Notes under the pieces: model-generated
The model's database searches: none
The model's input: only the letters and a program-made list of their open reading frames with translations
Told to the model about the DNA's origin: nothing
Shown: piece after piece, positions 1 through 10,802 of the stretch
Position numbering within the stretch: the first letter of the stretch is position 1
Layout: each line of letters opens with the position of its first letter
Source: Microcystaceae cyanobacterium
GTDB lineage: Bacteria > Cyanobacteriota > Cyanobacteriia > Cyanobacteriales > Microcystaceae
Direction: 5' to 3'
Assembly: GCA_041746575.1 (NCBI GenBank)
Contig: JBGTGT010000011.1
Location: forward strand, 1-64,000
DNA length: 64,000 nucleotides
Translations under genes and position numbers: made by a program

Positions 1-794
1 TACTATAGCGAGAAACGTCTAAAACCTCGGCTAAACGACAGCAACCTGTGTATTTCGGCTCTGACAGCAAGAAATATGTGTATTGATCTAGACTACATTG
101 GGCTGTTGATGGTTTACTCCGAAATCTTATTGCTTTTCTCCAAGATGCGATCGCATAGAAATGATCATTTCCCTGTTTTGTCTCTTTTGTCAATTTTTTC
201 CTTTGGCGATCGCTTCTCAAGATTACGTCCATCTTTCGTTTCTTTTGTCAATGCGAAACTCCTATATTATTATTCGAAAGAAAAAAGTTCGTTTTATTTG
301 AGAAGACAGTTCGACCAATGCTGATTTTAAGATTAATTAACAATGGCAACCGAGCAAAGCCAAAGCAGTGTTTATTGTGGCGAAGAAAGAAGCAAAGTAG
401 TCTATAAATAAGATAGAAAGTTTGGCTATTTCGATTTCCATCTAGGATAAAGAGAATTTTCTGAAGAGTGAGTAATTAGCAACAATTTACTTAAAGTCTG
501 CGTTGATTAGCTTGAGTTTGCGACAGATTTAGCCTTGAGTTGTTAGAGGTGTTGAAGGCTTTGTAAATAAGCAGGGGTGGAGCTTCCACCGAAGCGATAA
601 TCAATCTCAATGGCCTTTTGAATGAGTTGATGATGATTCATTTTAAACTGAATTAATGTAATTTCTCGCTTTTCTGCCCATAATGCAGCAAAAAGGTTAA
701 GATTTCCTGCGAGAGTTGCGTTTTAATTTCTGCGGTTCTCCTTGCCATCTCTGATTGAGACGCTTCTAAGTCGGCTTTCCTGAGTTGGGTATTG

Positions 795-1707
795 GCGATC
801 GCAGAAAAAAACCGTTCTGGAAGACCCGGAAAATTAACACCCCAAGCCGAAACATTTTTGATAGCAACCGCTTGTACTGACCCGCCGCTAGGACGTAATT
901 GTTGGACAATGTAATTATTAGCTGACCGCTTAGTTGAATTAGAATTAGTGGAGAATATTTCTGATGAAACAGTTCGTAAGACCCTAAAAAAAATCAATTA
1001 AAACCATGGCAAAGACAACAGGGGTGTCTCCCTTCAGTTGATGAAGAATATGTCTATAAAATGGAAAATTTACTGTCCCTTTACGCAGAAATAATCGAGC
1101 TAGTAATATGAACCAATAATCTGTTTTGACGAAAGACCAGTCCGTTTATTAGAGGATTTTCTTCCCTCAATTTCCCCGAAGCCTAATCATCGTAAAAAAG
1201 TTGATTATCAATACATTAGACAAGGAACTTGTAATTTATTGGGTTTTTATTATCTTCAAATGGGATGGATACATCTAGAAGTTACTCAACAACGAACAAA
1301 GAAAGATTTTGCCTATCAAATGAAAAATTGAGTGGATGTATATTTTCCTGAAGCTGGAAAAATTAGAGTGGTTTTAGATAAACTTAACACTCATACTCTA
1401 TCAGCATTATATGAGGTCTTTCCTCCAGAAGAAGCTAGTGGAATTATGAGACGTTTGGAATTTCATTATACTCCAAAACACGGAGGCTGGCTTAATCAAA
1501 TTGAACTAAAATTTTCGGTTTTTTCTCGTCAATGTCTCAACCAGAGAATCGGAAATATAGAAGAATTACGTTCTGAAATCACAGCTTGGGAAAGAAAACG
1601 AAATCAAAAAAGAATCAAGATTGACTGGCGTTTTAAAGCCGATGATGCTAGAAATAAAATAGGTTGTTTATGTCCTAACCTGTCATAATTAACGTGGTTA
1701 CCTACTA
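795..1707 (+). mobile_element. Degenerate, 5'-truncated IS630-family insertion sequence (transposase pseudogene)
   Basis: The + frame from 795 reads AIAEKNRSGRPGKLT...ACTDPPLGRNCWTM*LLADRLVELELVENISDETVRKTLKK (IS630 HTH region, stop at 912). An A8 slippery run at 986-993 leads into NQLKPWQ...CFDERP..., with a further frameshift and a stop at 1329. ORF 1332-1688 carries VVLDKLNTH...FHYTPKHGGWLNQIE (DDE C-terminal part). The element ends ...GGTTACCTACTA near 1707. Confidence 0.85.
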
Positions 1708-1741
1708 GTCAAATTAAATCAATATTAAAACTATCAAATCG

Positions 1742-1768
1742 AAAAAAGGGCAGACCTCTCTTGCCCTT
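1742..1768 (-). terminator. Probable intrinsic terminator of ssaD-ogdA
   Basis: AAGGGCA (1746-1752) / TGCCCTT (1762-1768) stem; the A-run at 1742-1747 gives a U-tract on the - strand. Confidence 0.5.
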
Positions 1769-1806
1769 ATCCTATTTTTTTAAATACTATTCAGAACTCG
1801 TTATCT

Positions 1807-3459
1807 TTATTCCCAAATTTGACAGGATAAATCACCCGATTTTTGAGAAAACTTGAGATTCTCACCATAGTCAACGGGACAATCAATCACAGCAGGAACG
1901 TCTTGTTCTAACGCCGTTTTTAAGGTGGGAATGAGATCGGCTACGGATTCAATACGATAGCCTTTTAATCCCATACTTTCAGCAAATTTAACAAAATCAG
2001 GGTTTGTAAACTTAACAAACGCCGATTCACCAAATTGACTAAGCTGTTTCCATTCGATCAAACCATAACCATTATCATTAAAGATTAAAGTCACAAACGG
2101 CGTTCCCACCCGTAAAGCTGTTTCCAATTCTTGACAATTCATCATAAACCCCCCATCTCCCGTCACAGCCACCACTTTTTTATTCGGATGAACCAGTTTA
2201 GCCGCAATTGCTCCCGGAATCGCAATGCCCATAGCGGCAAATCCGTTAGAAATCAAGCAGGTATTGGGGCTATCGCAGTGATAATGTCGTGCCATCCACA
2301 TTTTATGCGCCCCCACATCAGAAATCACAATATCTTCCGGCCCCATCACTTGACGCAGATCATAGATCAATTTTTGTGGTTTTACGGGGAAACCGTCATC
2401 ATTGGCATAAAATTCGTATTCTGCGAGAATTTCTAGGCGTAGACCTGCCGTTTTTGGTGCAGGTTTGTGACTGCGATCAGTACGTTTGAGAATATCCATC
2501 AATGAGTCGGAAATATCCCCTACGACTTCCACTAGAGGAATATAACTGCTGTCAATTTCCGCCGGACTGAGACCGACGTGAATAATCGGCGTTTCTCCTG
2601 TTGGATTCCATTTTTTGGGGGAATATTCGATTAAATCATAGCCCACTGCAATAATTAAATCACTGCGTTCAAAAGCACAGGTGACTAAATCCCGTTGTTG
2701 CAATCCAACTGTCCATAAGGCTAACGGATGGGTGTAAGGAATCAACCCCTTACCCATAAAACTATTAACGACGGGAATATTCAGTTCAGTCGCAAAATTC
2801 GTAATCGCTTCCGAAGCTTCTGCCCGAATAGCTCCATTTCCGACTAAAATTAGAGGATTTTCAGCTTTTGAAATGGCAATTGCCGCCGCATTTAAACTAC
2901 GGAAAGACGCATAGGTTTTTTCCCGTCCATCTCGTCTGAGGGGTTGCCCTTCCACAGGCATGGCGGCAATATTTTCGGGTAAATCGATATGAACTGCCCC
3001 CGGCTTCTCTGATTTGGCAATCTTAAACGCTTTGCGAGTAATTTCTGCTGTGTTGCTCGGTCGGACAATCTGTTTATTCCATTTAGTCACTGGGGCAAAC
3101 ATCGCCACCAAGTCTAAGTATTGATGAGATTCAATGTGCATCCGATCTGTTCCCACTTGCCCTGTAATGGCAACTAGCGGCGCACCATCTAAATTGGCAT
3201 CAGCCACCCCTGTCATCAAGTTGGTGGCTCCTGGGCCTAAAGTAGAGAGACACACCCCAGGCTCTCCTGTTAAACGTCCATAAACATCTGCCATGAAGGC
3301 CGCCCCTTGCTCGTGACGCGTGGTGATAAATCGTATAGGAGAACTCTTTAAAGCTTCTAGAATGTGTAAATTTTCTTCCCCCGGAACTCCAAAAACGTAC
3401 CTAACACCCTCGTTTTCCAAACAGCGGACTAGCAATTCTGCTGTGTTAATTTCCCCCAT
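1807..3459 (-). CDS. ogdA: TPP-dependent acetolactate-synthase-like enzyme, most likely 2-oxoglutarate decarboxylase
   Basis: GVPGEEN, TRHEQGAAFMA and GDGGF...NDNGYG TPP motifs; directly downstream of an SSADH gene, the known cyanobacterial arrangement. Confidence 0.85.
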   Translation of the reverse strand: MGEINTAELLVRCLENEGVRYVFGVPGEENLHILEALKSSPIRFITTRHEQGAAFMADVYGRLTGEPGVCLSTLGPGATNLMTGVADANLDGAPLVAITGQVGTDRMHIESHQYLDLVAMFAPVTKWNKQIVRPSNTAEITRKAFKIAKSEKPGAVHIDLPENIAAMPVEGQPLRRDGREKTYASFRSLNAAAIAISKAENPLILVGNGAIRAEASEAITNFATELNIPVVNSFMGKGLIPYTHPLALWTVGLQQRDLVTCAFERSDLIIAVGYDLIEYSPKKWNPTGETPIIHVGLSPAEIDSSYIPLVEVVGDISDSLMDILKRTDRSHKPAPKTAGLRLEILAEYEFYANDDGFPVKPQKLIYDLRQVMGPEDIVISDVGAHKMWMARHYHCDSPNTCLISNGFAAMGIAIPGAIAAKLVHPNKKVVAVTGDGGFMMNCQELETALRVGTPFVTLIFNDNGYGLIEWKQLSQFGESAFVKFTNPDFVKFAESMGLKGYRIESVADLIPTLKTALEQDVPAVIDCPVDYGENLKFSQKSGDLSCQIWE

Positions 3460-3636
3460 GATAGTGACCCCCCAAACATAGTGTGATTTGTCGTCGGTTG
3501 TGTGATTCGCGATCTTCCCGAAAAATCTCCCTGAGTTGCGGTCAATTCTTCGGGAATTGAATCATTACTTTCTTTTTTTACTGTAACCAATTTTGAGGGG
3601 ATTAAGTGATCAGAATTTGGAGGTAAATTGACGAAA

Positions 3637-5001
3637 TTATTTGATCCAGACGGTTTTAAGGTTGACAAATTCCTGTATGCCTTGAATCCCTAATTCTCGA
3701 CCATATCCCGATCGCTTAATGCCACCAAAGGGCAAACGGGGGTCAGATTTCACCATACCATTGATAAAAACAGCCCCTGCTTCAATTTCATTAATACAAC
3801 GTTCGGCTTCCGCTTGATTACTTGTCCATGCACTTGCCCCTAAACCAAAAGGCGTTATATTCGCCAATGCAATTGCTTCATCAAGGGAATCCACCCGATA
3901 CAAGCAAGCAACAGGGCCAAATAATTCCTCGAGATAAGCAGGGGCTTCAGGCGTAATATTAGTTAAAATCGTTGGCGGGTAATAATTTCCTGCCCTGTCT
4001 AGGGGTTTTCCGCCAATTAGCACCTTTGCGCCTTTCGCTACACTGCCTTGCACAATGTCATCTAAATCTTTCAGAATGTTAGGGGTGGCAAGGGGTCCGA
4101 TATCTGTGGTTTCATCCATCGGATCTCCAATTTTTAGAGTTTTAAATTTTGCCAATAATTGCTGTTCAAACTGATCTGCAAGAGAATTAGCGAGAATAAA
4201 CCGTTTTGCCGCAATGCAGGATTGTCCATTATTCAGTATTCTGGCAGTGACGGCAGTATTCACGGCTTCTTCAAGATTGGCACTCTCTAGAACAATAAAC
4301 GGATCACTGCCTCCCAGTTCTAAAACTGTCTTTTTAATCTGTTTCCCGGCTTCTGAAGCTAAACTCATGCCTGCCGGTTCGCTTCCTGTTAGAGTGGCCG
4401 CTTTAACGCGACTATCAGTCATGAGGCTTTGGACTTGATTGGCACCAATTAAGAGGGTTTGAAATGCACCCTCAGGAAAACCAGCTTCTGCTAGGATTGC
4501 TTCAATTCCTAAGGCACATTGCGGCACATTTGAGGCGTGTTTAAGAATCCCCACGTTTCCAGCCATCAAAGCAGGGGCGGCAAAGCGAAAGACTTGCCAG
4601 AAGGGGAAATTCCAAGGCATAACGGCTAAAATGATTCCCAAAGGTAAACAACGGACATAACTCGCACTGGCATCGGTGGTAGCAGGAACGTCTTTGAGAA
4701 AATCCGGCGCATTTTCAGCATAGAAACGGCAAACCCATGCACATTTTTTCACTTCAGCGATCGCAGTTTTGATCGGTTTCCCCATTTCAAGGGTCATTAA
4801 TTCCCCGTATTTGACCTGATCTCGTTCCAAAATGTCAGCCGCTTGGTTTAACCATTGGCTTCGTTGCGCCATCGATGTTTTACGATAACTTTGATAGGCT
4901 TTTTCCCCTGAAGCCAATTTTGCTTCAATTTCCTCTGCCGTTAAAGGGGTAAAGGGTTTAATGGTTTCACCGGTTGCTGGGTTGATGGTAGCGATACCCA
5001 T
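3637..5001 (-). CDS. gabD: NADP-dependent succinate-semialdehyde dehydrogenase
   Basis: ALDH motifs [39 protein letters not shown]; likely start MGIATINP at 5001 (ORF track extends to 5028). Confidence 0.9.
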   Translation of the reverse strand: MGIATINPATGETIKPFTPLTAEEIEAKLASGEKAYQSYRKTSMAQRSQWLNQAADILERDQVKYGELMTLEMGKPIKTAIAEVKKCAWVCRFYAENAPDFLKDVPATTDASASYVRCLPLGIILAVMPWNFPFWQVFRFAAPALMAGNVGILKHASNVPQCALGIEAILAEAGFPEGAFQTLLIGANQVQSLMTDSRVKAATLTGSEPAGMSLASEAGKQIKKTVLELGGSDPFIVLESANLEEAVNTAVTARILNNGQSCIAAKRFILANSLADQFEQQLLAKFKTLKIGDPMDETTDIGPLATPNILKDLDDIVQGSVAKGAKVLIGGKPLDRAGNYYPPTILTNITPEAPAYLEELFGPVACLYRVDSLDEAIALANITPFGLGASAWTSNQAEAERCINEIEAGAVFINGMVKSDPRLPFGGIKRSGYGRELGIQGIQEFVNLKTVWIK

Positions 5002-5218
5002 AACGATATTTTCCTGATTAAAATTCATCTATTTCTAGTTTATAACGGTGACCCGTAAACAACGACCTGTCATTATTAACTGTTAATTTTCTTAACCGTT
5101 AGTTTTCGTTAATTCTTTTTTGAAAGATGAGATAAGATTAGTCGTCTCAATTACTTAAAGAAACAAATAAGTAATCATTTTTATTGGTAAAATTTGCGAG
5201 TTTTATTACTTTGGCTAT

Positions 5219-5488
5219 TTATAACCAACGACGAGGGTGCATCTCATTTCCGATAGGGGTGATAATATTGGTAACGATCAAACGAATTATTGATAAAGAT
5301 TGAAGTTTTGCTTTAAAAATCGTTTCCATTTCTTCAGTGGAAATATCATAAGAATATTGCGGCGTATCCGCACTTCTCCGATTCATTAATCGCTTAATTG
5401 CCTCATGACAAGCTTGTTCATTATGACGATTTTCTTTAATATAAATTTTTAACTCATTATTGGTCGTTTCATCCAGATTTTTATTCAA
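5219..5488 (-). CDS. Small DUF6887-like protein, possibly decayed or with a read-through tail
   Basis: ELKIYIKENRHNEQACHEAIKRLM...EEMETIFKAKL resembles cyanobacterial DUF6887 proteins; TTG start. Confidence 0.45.
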   Translation of the reverse strand: MNKNLDETTNNELKIYIKENRHNEQACHEAIKRLMNRRSADTPQYSYDISTEEMETIFKAKLQSLSIIRLIVTNIITPIGNEMHPRRWL

Positions 5489-5711
5489 TACTTTACTTTA
5501 CTGGTACTTTGGGCGATAGTTGACGATTTTGAAGGGGAGCAAAACGACAGACTTGACAGGTATATAAAGCTAATTCTGCCTTATGGAAGCTGAATATGAG
5601 GTCGCTTTACCCAACCAATGCCCCTACAGTCTTGGCGATTTACTTTTTTGAACTTCAGCAAGTCGTAATATCCCTAATTGTTCTCTGATGCAGATGCTGT
5701 CAAGATTAACA

Positions 5712-5738
5712 TTAGCACTCACCCCCCAAGAGTGCTAA
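5712..5738 (+). promoter_or_regulatory. CIRCE element (HrcA operator)
   Basis: Perfect TTAGCACTC-N9(ACCCCCCAA)-GAGTGCTAA, 36 bp upstream of the groEL start. Confidence 0.97.
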
Positions 5739-5774
5739 ATTGACTGATGCAAGTAAAACACTATCTTAGACGCT

Positions 5775-7454
5775 ATGTCCAAAATTATCTCCTTTAAAGA
5801 CGAGTCCAGACGGGCATTAGAGGAAGGGATTAACGCCCTTGCCAATGCAGTTTCCGTCACCTTCGGCCCTAAAGGGCGAAACGTTCTCCTTGAGAAAAAA
5901 TTCGGTGCGCCGCAAATTGTCAATGATGGGATCACCGTTGCTAAAGAAATTGAACTCGAAGATCCCCTGCAAAACACAGGCGCAAGGCTTATTCAAGAAG
6001 TCGCCTCAAAAACCAAAGAGGTAGCCGGCGATGGCACAACCACCGCAACGATTATTGCCCAAGCATTAATTCAAGAAGGACTTAAAAACGTCACTGCAGG
6101 TGCGAATCCCGTCGCTTTACGCAGAGGAATTGAAAAAACCGTCAATTTTCTCGTTCAGGAGATTGCCAACCTTGCTAAACCGGTAGAAGGAGACGCGATC
6201 GCCCAAGTGGCTACCGTTTCCGCCGGAAGTGACGAGGAAGTGGGCAAAATGATCGCCTTAGCCATGGAAAAAGTCACAAAAGATGGCGTTATTACCGTCG
6301 AAGAGTCTAAATCTCTCAATACCGAATTAGAGGTCGTTGAAGGGATGCAACTTGATCGCGGCTATCTTTCACCCTACTTCGTCACCGATAACGAACGTCA
6401 AATCGTCAATTTTGACAATCCCTATATTCTGATTACAGATAAAAAAATTAGCTCTGTCAACGATTTAGTTGGCATTTTGGAAAACGTTGCCCGTGAAGGT
6501 CGTTCTCTTCTAATTATTGCCGAAGATGTAGAAGGAGAAGCCCTAGCAACCTTAGTGGTAAATAAAGCCAGAGGAGTACTGAATGTAGCGGCTATTAAAG
6601 CTCCCAGTTTTGGTGATCGCCGTAAAGCCATGTTAGAAGATATTGCCATCTTAACGGGTGCGAGTGTGATTTCAGAAGACATCGGCCTCAGTTTAGACGC
6701 AACAACTCCAGATATGCTGGGTTTAGCGGATAAGGTCACGATTGAGAAAGATAATACGACTATCGTGGTCAACGCAACCTCTAAAACCAAAGACGCGGTA
6801 CAAAAACGGGTTGCCCTTCTACAAAAACAACTGTCCGAGACCGATTCTGAATACGATGGCGAAAAACTTCAAGAACGGATTGCTAAGTTAGCAGGCGGCG
6901 TTGCGGTAATTAAAGTCGGTGCCGCGACGGAAACCGAACTCAAAGATCGCAAATTACGCATTGAAGACGCTTTAAATGCGACAAAAGCGGCTGTTGAGGA
7001 AGGGATTGTCCCAGGCGGGGGTACAACTCTTATTCACTTAGCCAGTAAAATCGCTGATTTTGCTACCAGTCTGAGCAATGATGAGGAAAAAGTAGCGGCA
7101 AACATCGTTGCCAAAGCCTTAGAAGCCCCATTACATCGCTTAGCGAATAATGCAGGGGTTGAAGGTTCGGTGATTGTGGAAAGTGTGAAAAACACGGACT
7201 TTAACATCGGTTACAACGCATTAACAGGACAATTGGAAGACTTAATCGCAGCCGGTATCATTGATCCCGCTAAGGTCATTCGTTCTGCTCTGCAAAATGC
7301 GGCCTCCATCGCCGGTATGGTGTTAACTACCGAAGCCCTCGTGGTCGAAAAACCCGAACCTGCTGCTGCTCCTCCTCCCCCAGATATGGGCGGCATGGGT
7401 GGCATGGGTGGCATGGGCGGTATGGGCGGTATGGGTGGCATGGGCATGATGTAA
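5775..7454 (+). CDS. groEL2: Chaperonin GroEL2 (monocistronic Cpn60)
   Basis: [15 protein letters not shown] and GGGT motifs; C-terminal (GGM)n tail; no groES upstream. Confidence 0.96.
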   Translation: MSKIISFKDESRRALEEGINALANAVSVTFGPKGRNVLLEKKFGAPQIVNDGITVAKEIELEDPLQNTGARLIQEVASKTKEVAGDGTTTATIIAQALIQEGLKNVTAGANPVALRRGIEKTVNFLVQEIANLAKPVEGDAIAQVATVSAGSDEEVGKMIALAMEKVTKDGVITVEESKSLNTELEVVEGMQLDRGYLSPYFVTDNERQIVNFDNPYILITDKKISSVNDLVGILENVAREGRSLLIIAEDVEGEALATLVVNKARGVLNVAAIKAPSFGDRRKAMLEDIAILTGASVISEDIGLSLDATTPDMLGLADKVTIEKDNTTIVVNATSKTKDAVQKRVALLQKQLSETDSEYDGEKLQERIAKLAGGVAVIKVGAATETELKDRKLRIEDALNATKAAVEEGIVPGGGTTLIHLASKIADFATSLSNDEEKVAANIVAKALEAPLHRLANNAGVEGSVIVESVKNTDFNIGYNALTGQLEDLIAAGIIDPAKVIRSALQNAASIAGMVLTTEALVVEKPEPAAAPPPPDMGGMGGMGGMGGMGGMGGMGMM

Positions 7455-7484
7455 ACCCTTGTTATCTCCAGCTATCATATGCTG

Positions 7485-7514
7485 ATGGGGGGATACTCAT
7501 CCCTCCATTTCTTT
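7485..7514 (+). terminator. Intrinsic terminator after groEL2
   Basis: ATGGGGGGAT-ACTC-ATCCCTCCAT hairpin followed by TTCTTT. Confidence 0.65.
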
Positions 7515-7606
7515 GGCACTTTGGTTCAAATCATTCCTAACCATGAACGTGTCAATATCCCTGCTTTAGGGATTACTTGCGGTAGGATGGATAATGGATT
7601 AACGAC

Positions 7607-8854
7607 TTGATTCAGCCTTCTATGTCAATTGTGTCCCTATTAACTCCGATTGCGATCGCCTTATGTGCCATTATTTGGGTAGAATTTATCCGAGACAGTT
7701 ATCATCTCCTTGCCCACTACTGGCCGCCTTTATATCGTCTTCATACTTGGCATCACAAGGTTTTTCGCCCTAGTTTAGTCCCTGTTAGTTCGGAGATTTA
7801 TCGCAAAGCTCACTGGTATAATGATGTACCCGAAGCCTTAGTTATGTTGGCGTTTAGTGGCTTATTGACGCTTCTACTCTATATCTGGGCAGTTCCTTGG
7901 GGTTGGGTAAGTAGCTTAGGAATTTTTTATACATTGATCTTTCTAGGGGGTGCGATCGCTAGAGGCAGTGGCATTCCCTATGCAGACGAATTGACAGACG
8001 TAACCCATCGTCCGGGTGAATTTAAGGCCATTCCCTCAAAATGGATGGTTAATCGGACTTATCATTGGCGACACCATTTTGATAATCAAATGGCTTATTA
8101 TGGTGGGACATTTACCTTTGTTGATAAACTCATTGGCACAGCTTTATCTTTAAAGGGTAAAACCATTGCGGTAACAGGTGCAGGGGGAACATTAGGTCAA
8201 GCGTTATTAAAGTATCTATCGTTAAGTGGGGCAAAAGTCATTGCTATAACCTCACAACCTCGAGAAATTATTTTGAATTTTGATGGGGAAAAAAAAGCGA
8301 TAAAAACTTTAACGTGGCAAGTGGGAGAAGAAGATAAATTATATATAGAATTGGCAAAAATTGATATCTTAATTCTTAATCATGGAATTAATGTACATGG
8401 GGAAAGAACCTCAGAAGCGATTAAAAATGCTTATGAAGTGAATACGTTTTCGACTTGGCGATTCTTAGAATTATTCTTAAAAACGGTGAAAACAAATGAG
8501 GATAAAGCAACCAAAGAAGTTTGGATTAATACCTCAGAAGCGGAAGTGAATCCTGCTTTTAGTCCCCTTTATGAACTGAGTAAACGAACCCTTGGCGATT
8601 TAATTACCTTACGTCGCTTAGATGCTCCTTGCATTATTCGTAAGCTAATATTAGGACCTTTTAAAAGTAATTTGAACCCCATTGGCATTATGTCTGCTGA
8701 TTGGGTAGCAAAACAAATTATTAATCTGGCTAAGCGGGATTTCCGCAATATTATTGTAACCATTAATCCCTTAACTTTTCTGGTTTTTCCGCTTAAAGAA
8801 ACCTGTCAATCTTTGTATTTCCGATGGTTTAGCCATGCTCAGAAAAAAACTTAA
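7607..8854 (+). CDS. Bifunctional sterol-desaturase/fatty-acid-hydroxylase-like plus short-chain dehydrogenase protein
   Basis: N-terminal membrane domain with His boxes HLLAH, HTWHH, HWRHH; C-terminal SDR with TGAGGTLG and YELSK. Confidence 0.8.
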   Translation: MIQPSMSIVSLLTPIAIALCAIIWVEFIRDSYHLLAHYWPPLYRLHTWHHKVFRPSLVPVSSEIYRKAHWYNDVPEALVMLAFSGLLTLLLYIWAVPWGWVSSLGIFYTLIFLGGAIARGSGIPYADELTDVTHRPGEFKAIPSKWMVNRTYHWRHHFDNQMAYYGGTFTFVDKLIGTALSLKGKTIAVTGAGGTLGQALLKYLSLSGAKVIAITSQPREIILNFDGEKKAIKTLTWQVGEEDKLYIELAKIDILILNHGINVHGERTSEAIKNAYEVNTFSTWRFLELFLKTVKTNEDKATKEVWINTSEAEVNPAFSPLYELSKRTLGDLITLRRLDAPCIIRKLILGPFKSNLNPIGIMSADWVAKQIINLAKRDFRNIIVTINPLTFLVFPLKETCQSLYFRWFSHAQKKT

Positions 8855-9006
8855 AATGATTTCTCTGGAGTGATGGCGCATCTTAGCAGAATGCTCAATT
8901 GTTTCTGATTTAAGGGCTTGTTTGATCATCCATTGAGCCAAAGAAACGTTTAAAAAGGACAGCAAACTGATAAATTAAAAAGAGTCCCCTCCGTTTGAGA
9001 ATTATT

Positions 9007-10692
9007 GTGAAACTGCGTCCTTTTTTGATCTCCCTTGTGATTGCCGTTATCTTGTTACTTTCCTCGGCGGGTGGCGGTTTGTACTGGATTCTGGCTCAAA
9101 GTCCCTTGGAATTACGAGAAGGGGGAGTAATGCGACAACCTTTAGGAACAGTATTCATTCCTAAACAAGCCCCAGCGATGATATCTTTGATGGTTAACCC
9201 TGATCGCTTGGAATCTTTCTCTCAATTAGCGGTTAACCCTGCCAATCGCCGAAAAACGCACCGAGAATTAAAAAGACTTGAACAAAGTATCCTTGCTATA
9301 ACGGGTTTAGACTATCGGCAAGAAATTCAACCTTGGTTGGGGGAGGAGATAACTTTAGGAGTGACGTCCCTCGATTTTGACCGAAATTCAAACAATGGAG
9401 CGCAGGCCGGTTATTTATTAGCAGTTGAAACGAAAGATTCCCAATTAGCGAAAGAATTTCTTCAATTATCTTACTCCCAACAAGCGATCGCAGGGGATTT
9501 TGATCTCGTTTTTGAACCCTACAAAGGCATTAATTTAATCTATCAGCGTCCTCTGAAACCCTTGCCAAATAATCGTTTTGTCGCCAGTGCGGTTATTGGC
9601 AATTTTGTTTTATTCGCGAATGACTTAAAAGTGTTAAGAGAAGCCATTAATAATGTTCAAGTTCCTAATTTAAACCTAAAAAATGCGCCTGACTATCAAG
9701 AAGCTCTAAAAACCATTAAAGATCCTCGTATCGGGATTTCTTATGTTAACTTCCCTGCTTTATCTGCATGGTTATCTAATTTATCTATTCCCGAATTACC
9801 GGAAATCAGCCAAACCCTAACCGTCACCCTTTCTCTCAAATCAGAAGGATTAGTTGCACAAACCGCTTTAATCGGTGTTTCTGGCGCAGAAAACCAAAAT
9901 CCTGTCCTTAATGCTCCCGTAGAAGCCCTTCAATATACCCCGTCTAATAGCATCTTAGCCTTAGCTGGAACAAACTTAGATCAATTTTGGCAACAAATCC
10001 AAACCCATCTCGTGACAGATAGTCCTCTGCAACAGTTCTTAAATCGCCTAATTCGCCAGCTTGAGCAACCTTTAGGCTTAAATTTGTCAAAAGATATTTT
10101 TAGCTGGGTTAAAGGGGAATTTAGTCTAGCTTTAGTGCCAAAAGTAGAGGGGGGTACAGCCGATTGGTTATTTATTGCCGAGAAGACACCCGATGTAGAT
10201 ATTAAGAACAAAATCGCCTATTTGGACGGTTTAGCCCAAGAACAAGGCTATAATATCGGAGAGTTAGCCCTATCTGAGCAAACGGTTACGGCATGGACGA
10301 AACTCAGAACGTCTAAAATCACAAAAGATAAAGATTTAGCTCGCCTAGACACGCAAGTTCGGGGTGTTTATCTTGAAACTGACCGCTATTTCCTATTTGC
10401 GACCTCTATTGAAGCATTATCCCAAGGAATTTCAAGTGAGAAAATCCCTTTAACCGAGAGCAAAAAATTTCAACAGGCGATTAGTGCGTTACCCATAGAA
10501 AATGACGGTTATGTTTACATTGATTGGCAGGAAAGTGAACCGATTATTGAAGAAAAAATTCCCGTTGTGAAAGTAGCGGAATTAGCGATTAAACCCTTTT
10601 TTAATAATTTGCGATCTTTTACGTTAAGTAGTCAAGGCAGTGAAAACAGTATCCAGCGTGCTACGATTTTCTTTAATTTAGGGGTGCGTTAA
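9007..10692 (+). CDS. DUF3352-type cyanobacterial membrane-anchored protein
   Basis: N-terminal TM helix; DYRQEIQPWLGEEIT and DIFSWVKGEF repeats typical of the family; GTG start at 9007 preferred over 8995. Confidence 0.7.
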   Translation: MKLRPFLISLVIAVILLLSSAGGGLYWILAQSPLELREGGVMRQPLGTVFIPKQAPAMISLMVNPDRLESFSQLAVNPANRRKTHRELKRLEQSILAITGLDYRQEIQPWLGEEITLGVTSLDFDRNSNNGAQAGYLLAVETKDSQLAKEFLQLSYSQQAIAGDFDLVFEPYKGINLIYQRPLKPLPNNRFVASAVIGNFVLFANDLKVLREAINNVQVPNLNLKNAPDYQEALKTIKDPRIGISYVNFPALSAWLSNLSIPELPEISQTLTVTLSLKSEGLVAQTALIGVSGAENQNPVLNAPVEALQYTPSNSILALAGTNLDQFWQQIQTHLVTDSPLQQFLNRLIRQLEQPLGLNLSKDIFSWVKGEFSLALVPKVEGGTADWLFIAEKTPDVDIKNKIAYLDGLAQEQGYNIGELALSEQTVTAWTKLRTSKITKDKDLARLDTQVRGVYLETDRYFLFATSIEALSQGISSEKIPLTESKKFQQAISALPIENDGYVYIDWQESEPIIEEKIPVVKVAELAIKPFFNNLRSFTLSSQGSENSIQRATIFFNLGVR

Positions 10693-10802
10693 TTGAGTTT
10701 GATTTGAAGCGATCGCTGGGACTAAGTTGACTTAAAATCAATCCAATTCAGTCTTTTTCTTATTTATTGTTATATTAAAGACGCAGATCAAGAACAAAAA
10801 AC

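Noticed and set aside
76..324. 82-aa ORF, and a 12-bp direct repeat TCTTTTGTCAAT (183-194, 241-252)
   Set aside because: No recognisable protein motif; only two repeat copies, which may be promoter elements or chance.
653..997. 114-aa - strand ORF
   Set aside because: Mostly antisense of the IS630 remnant joined to a gene fragment; not a real gene.
7386..7451. 9-bp tandem repeat
   Set aside because: Encodes the ordinary GGM tail of GroEL.
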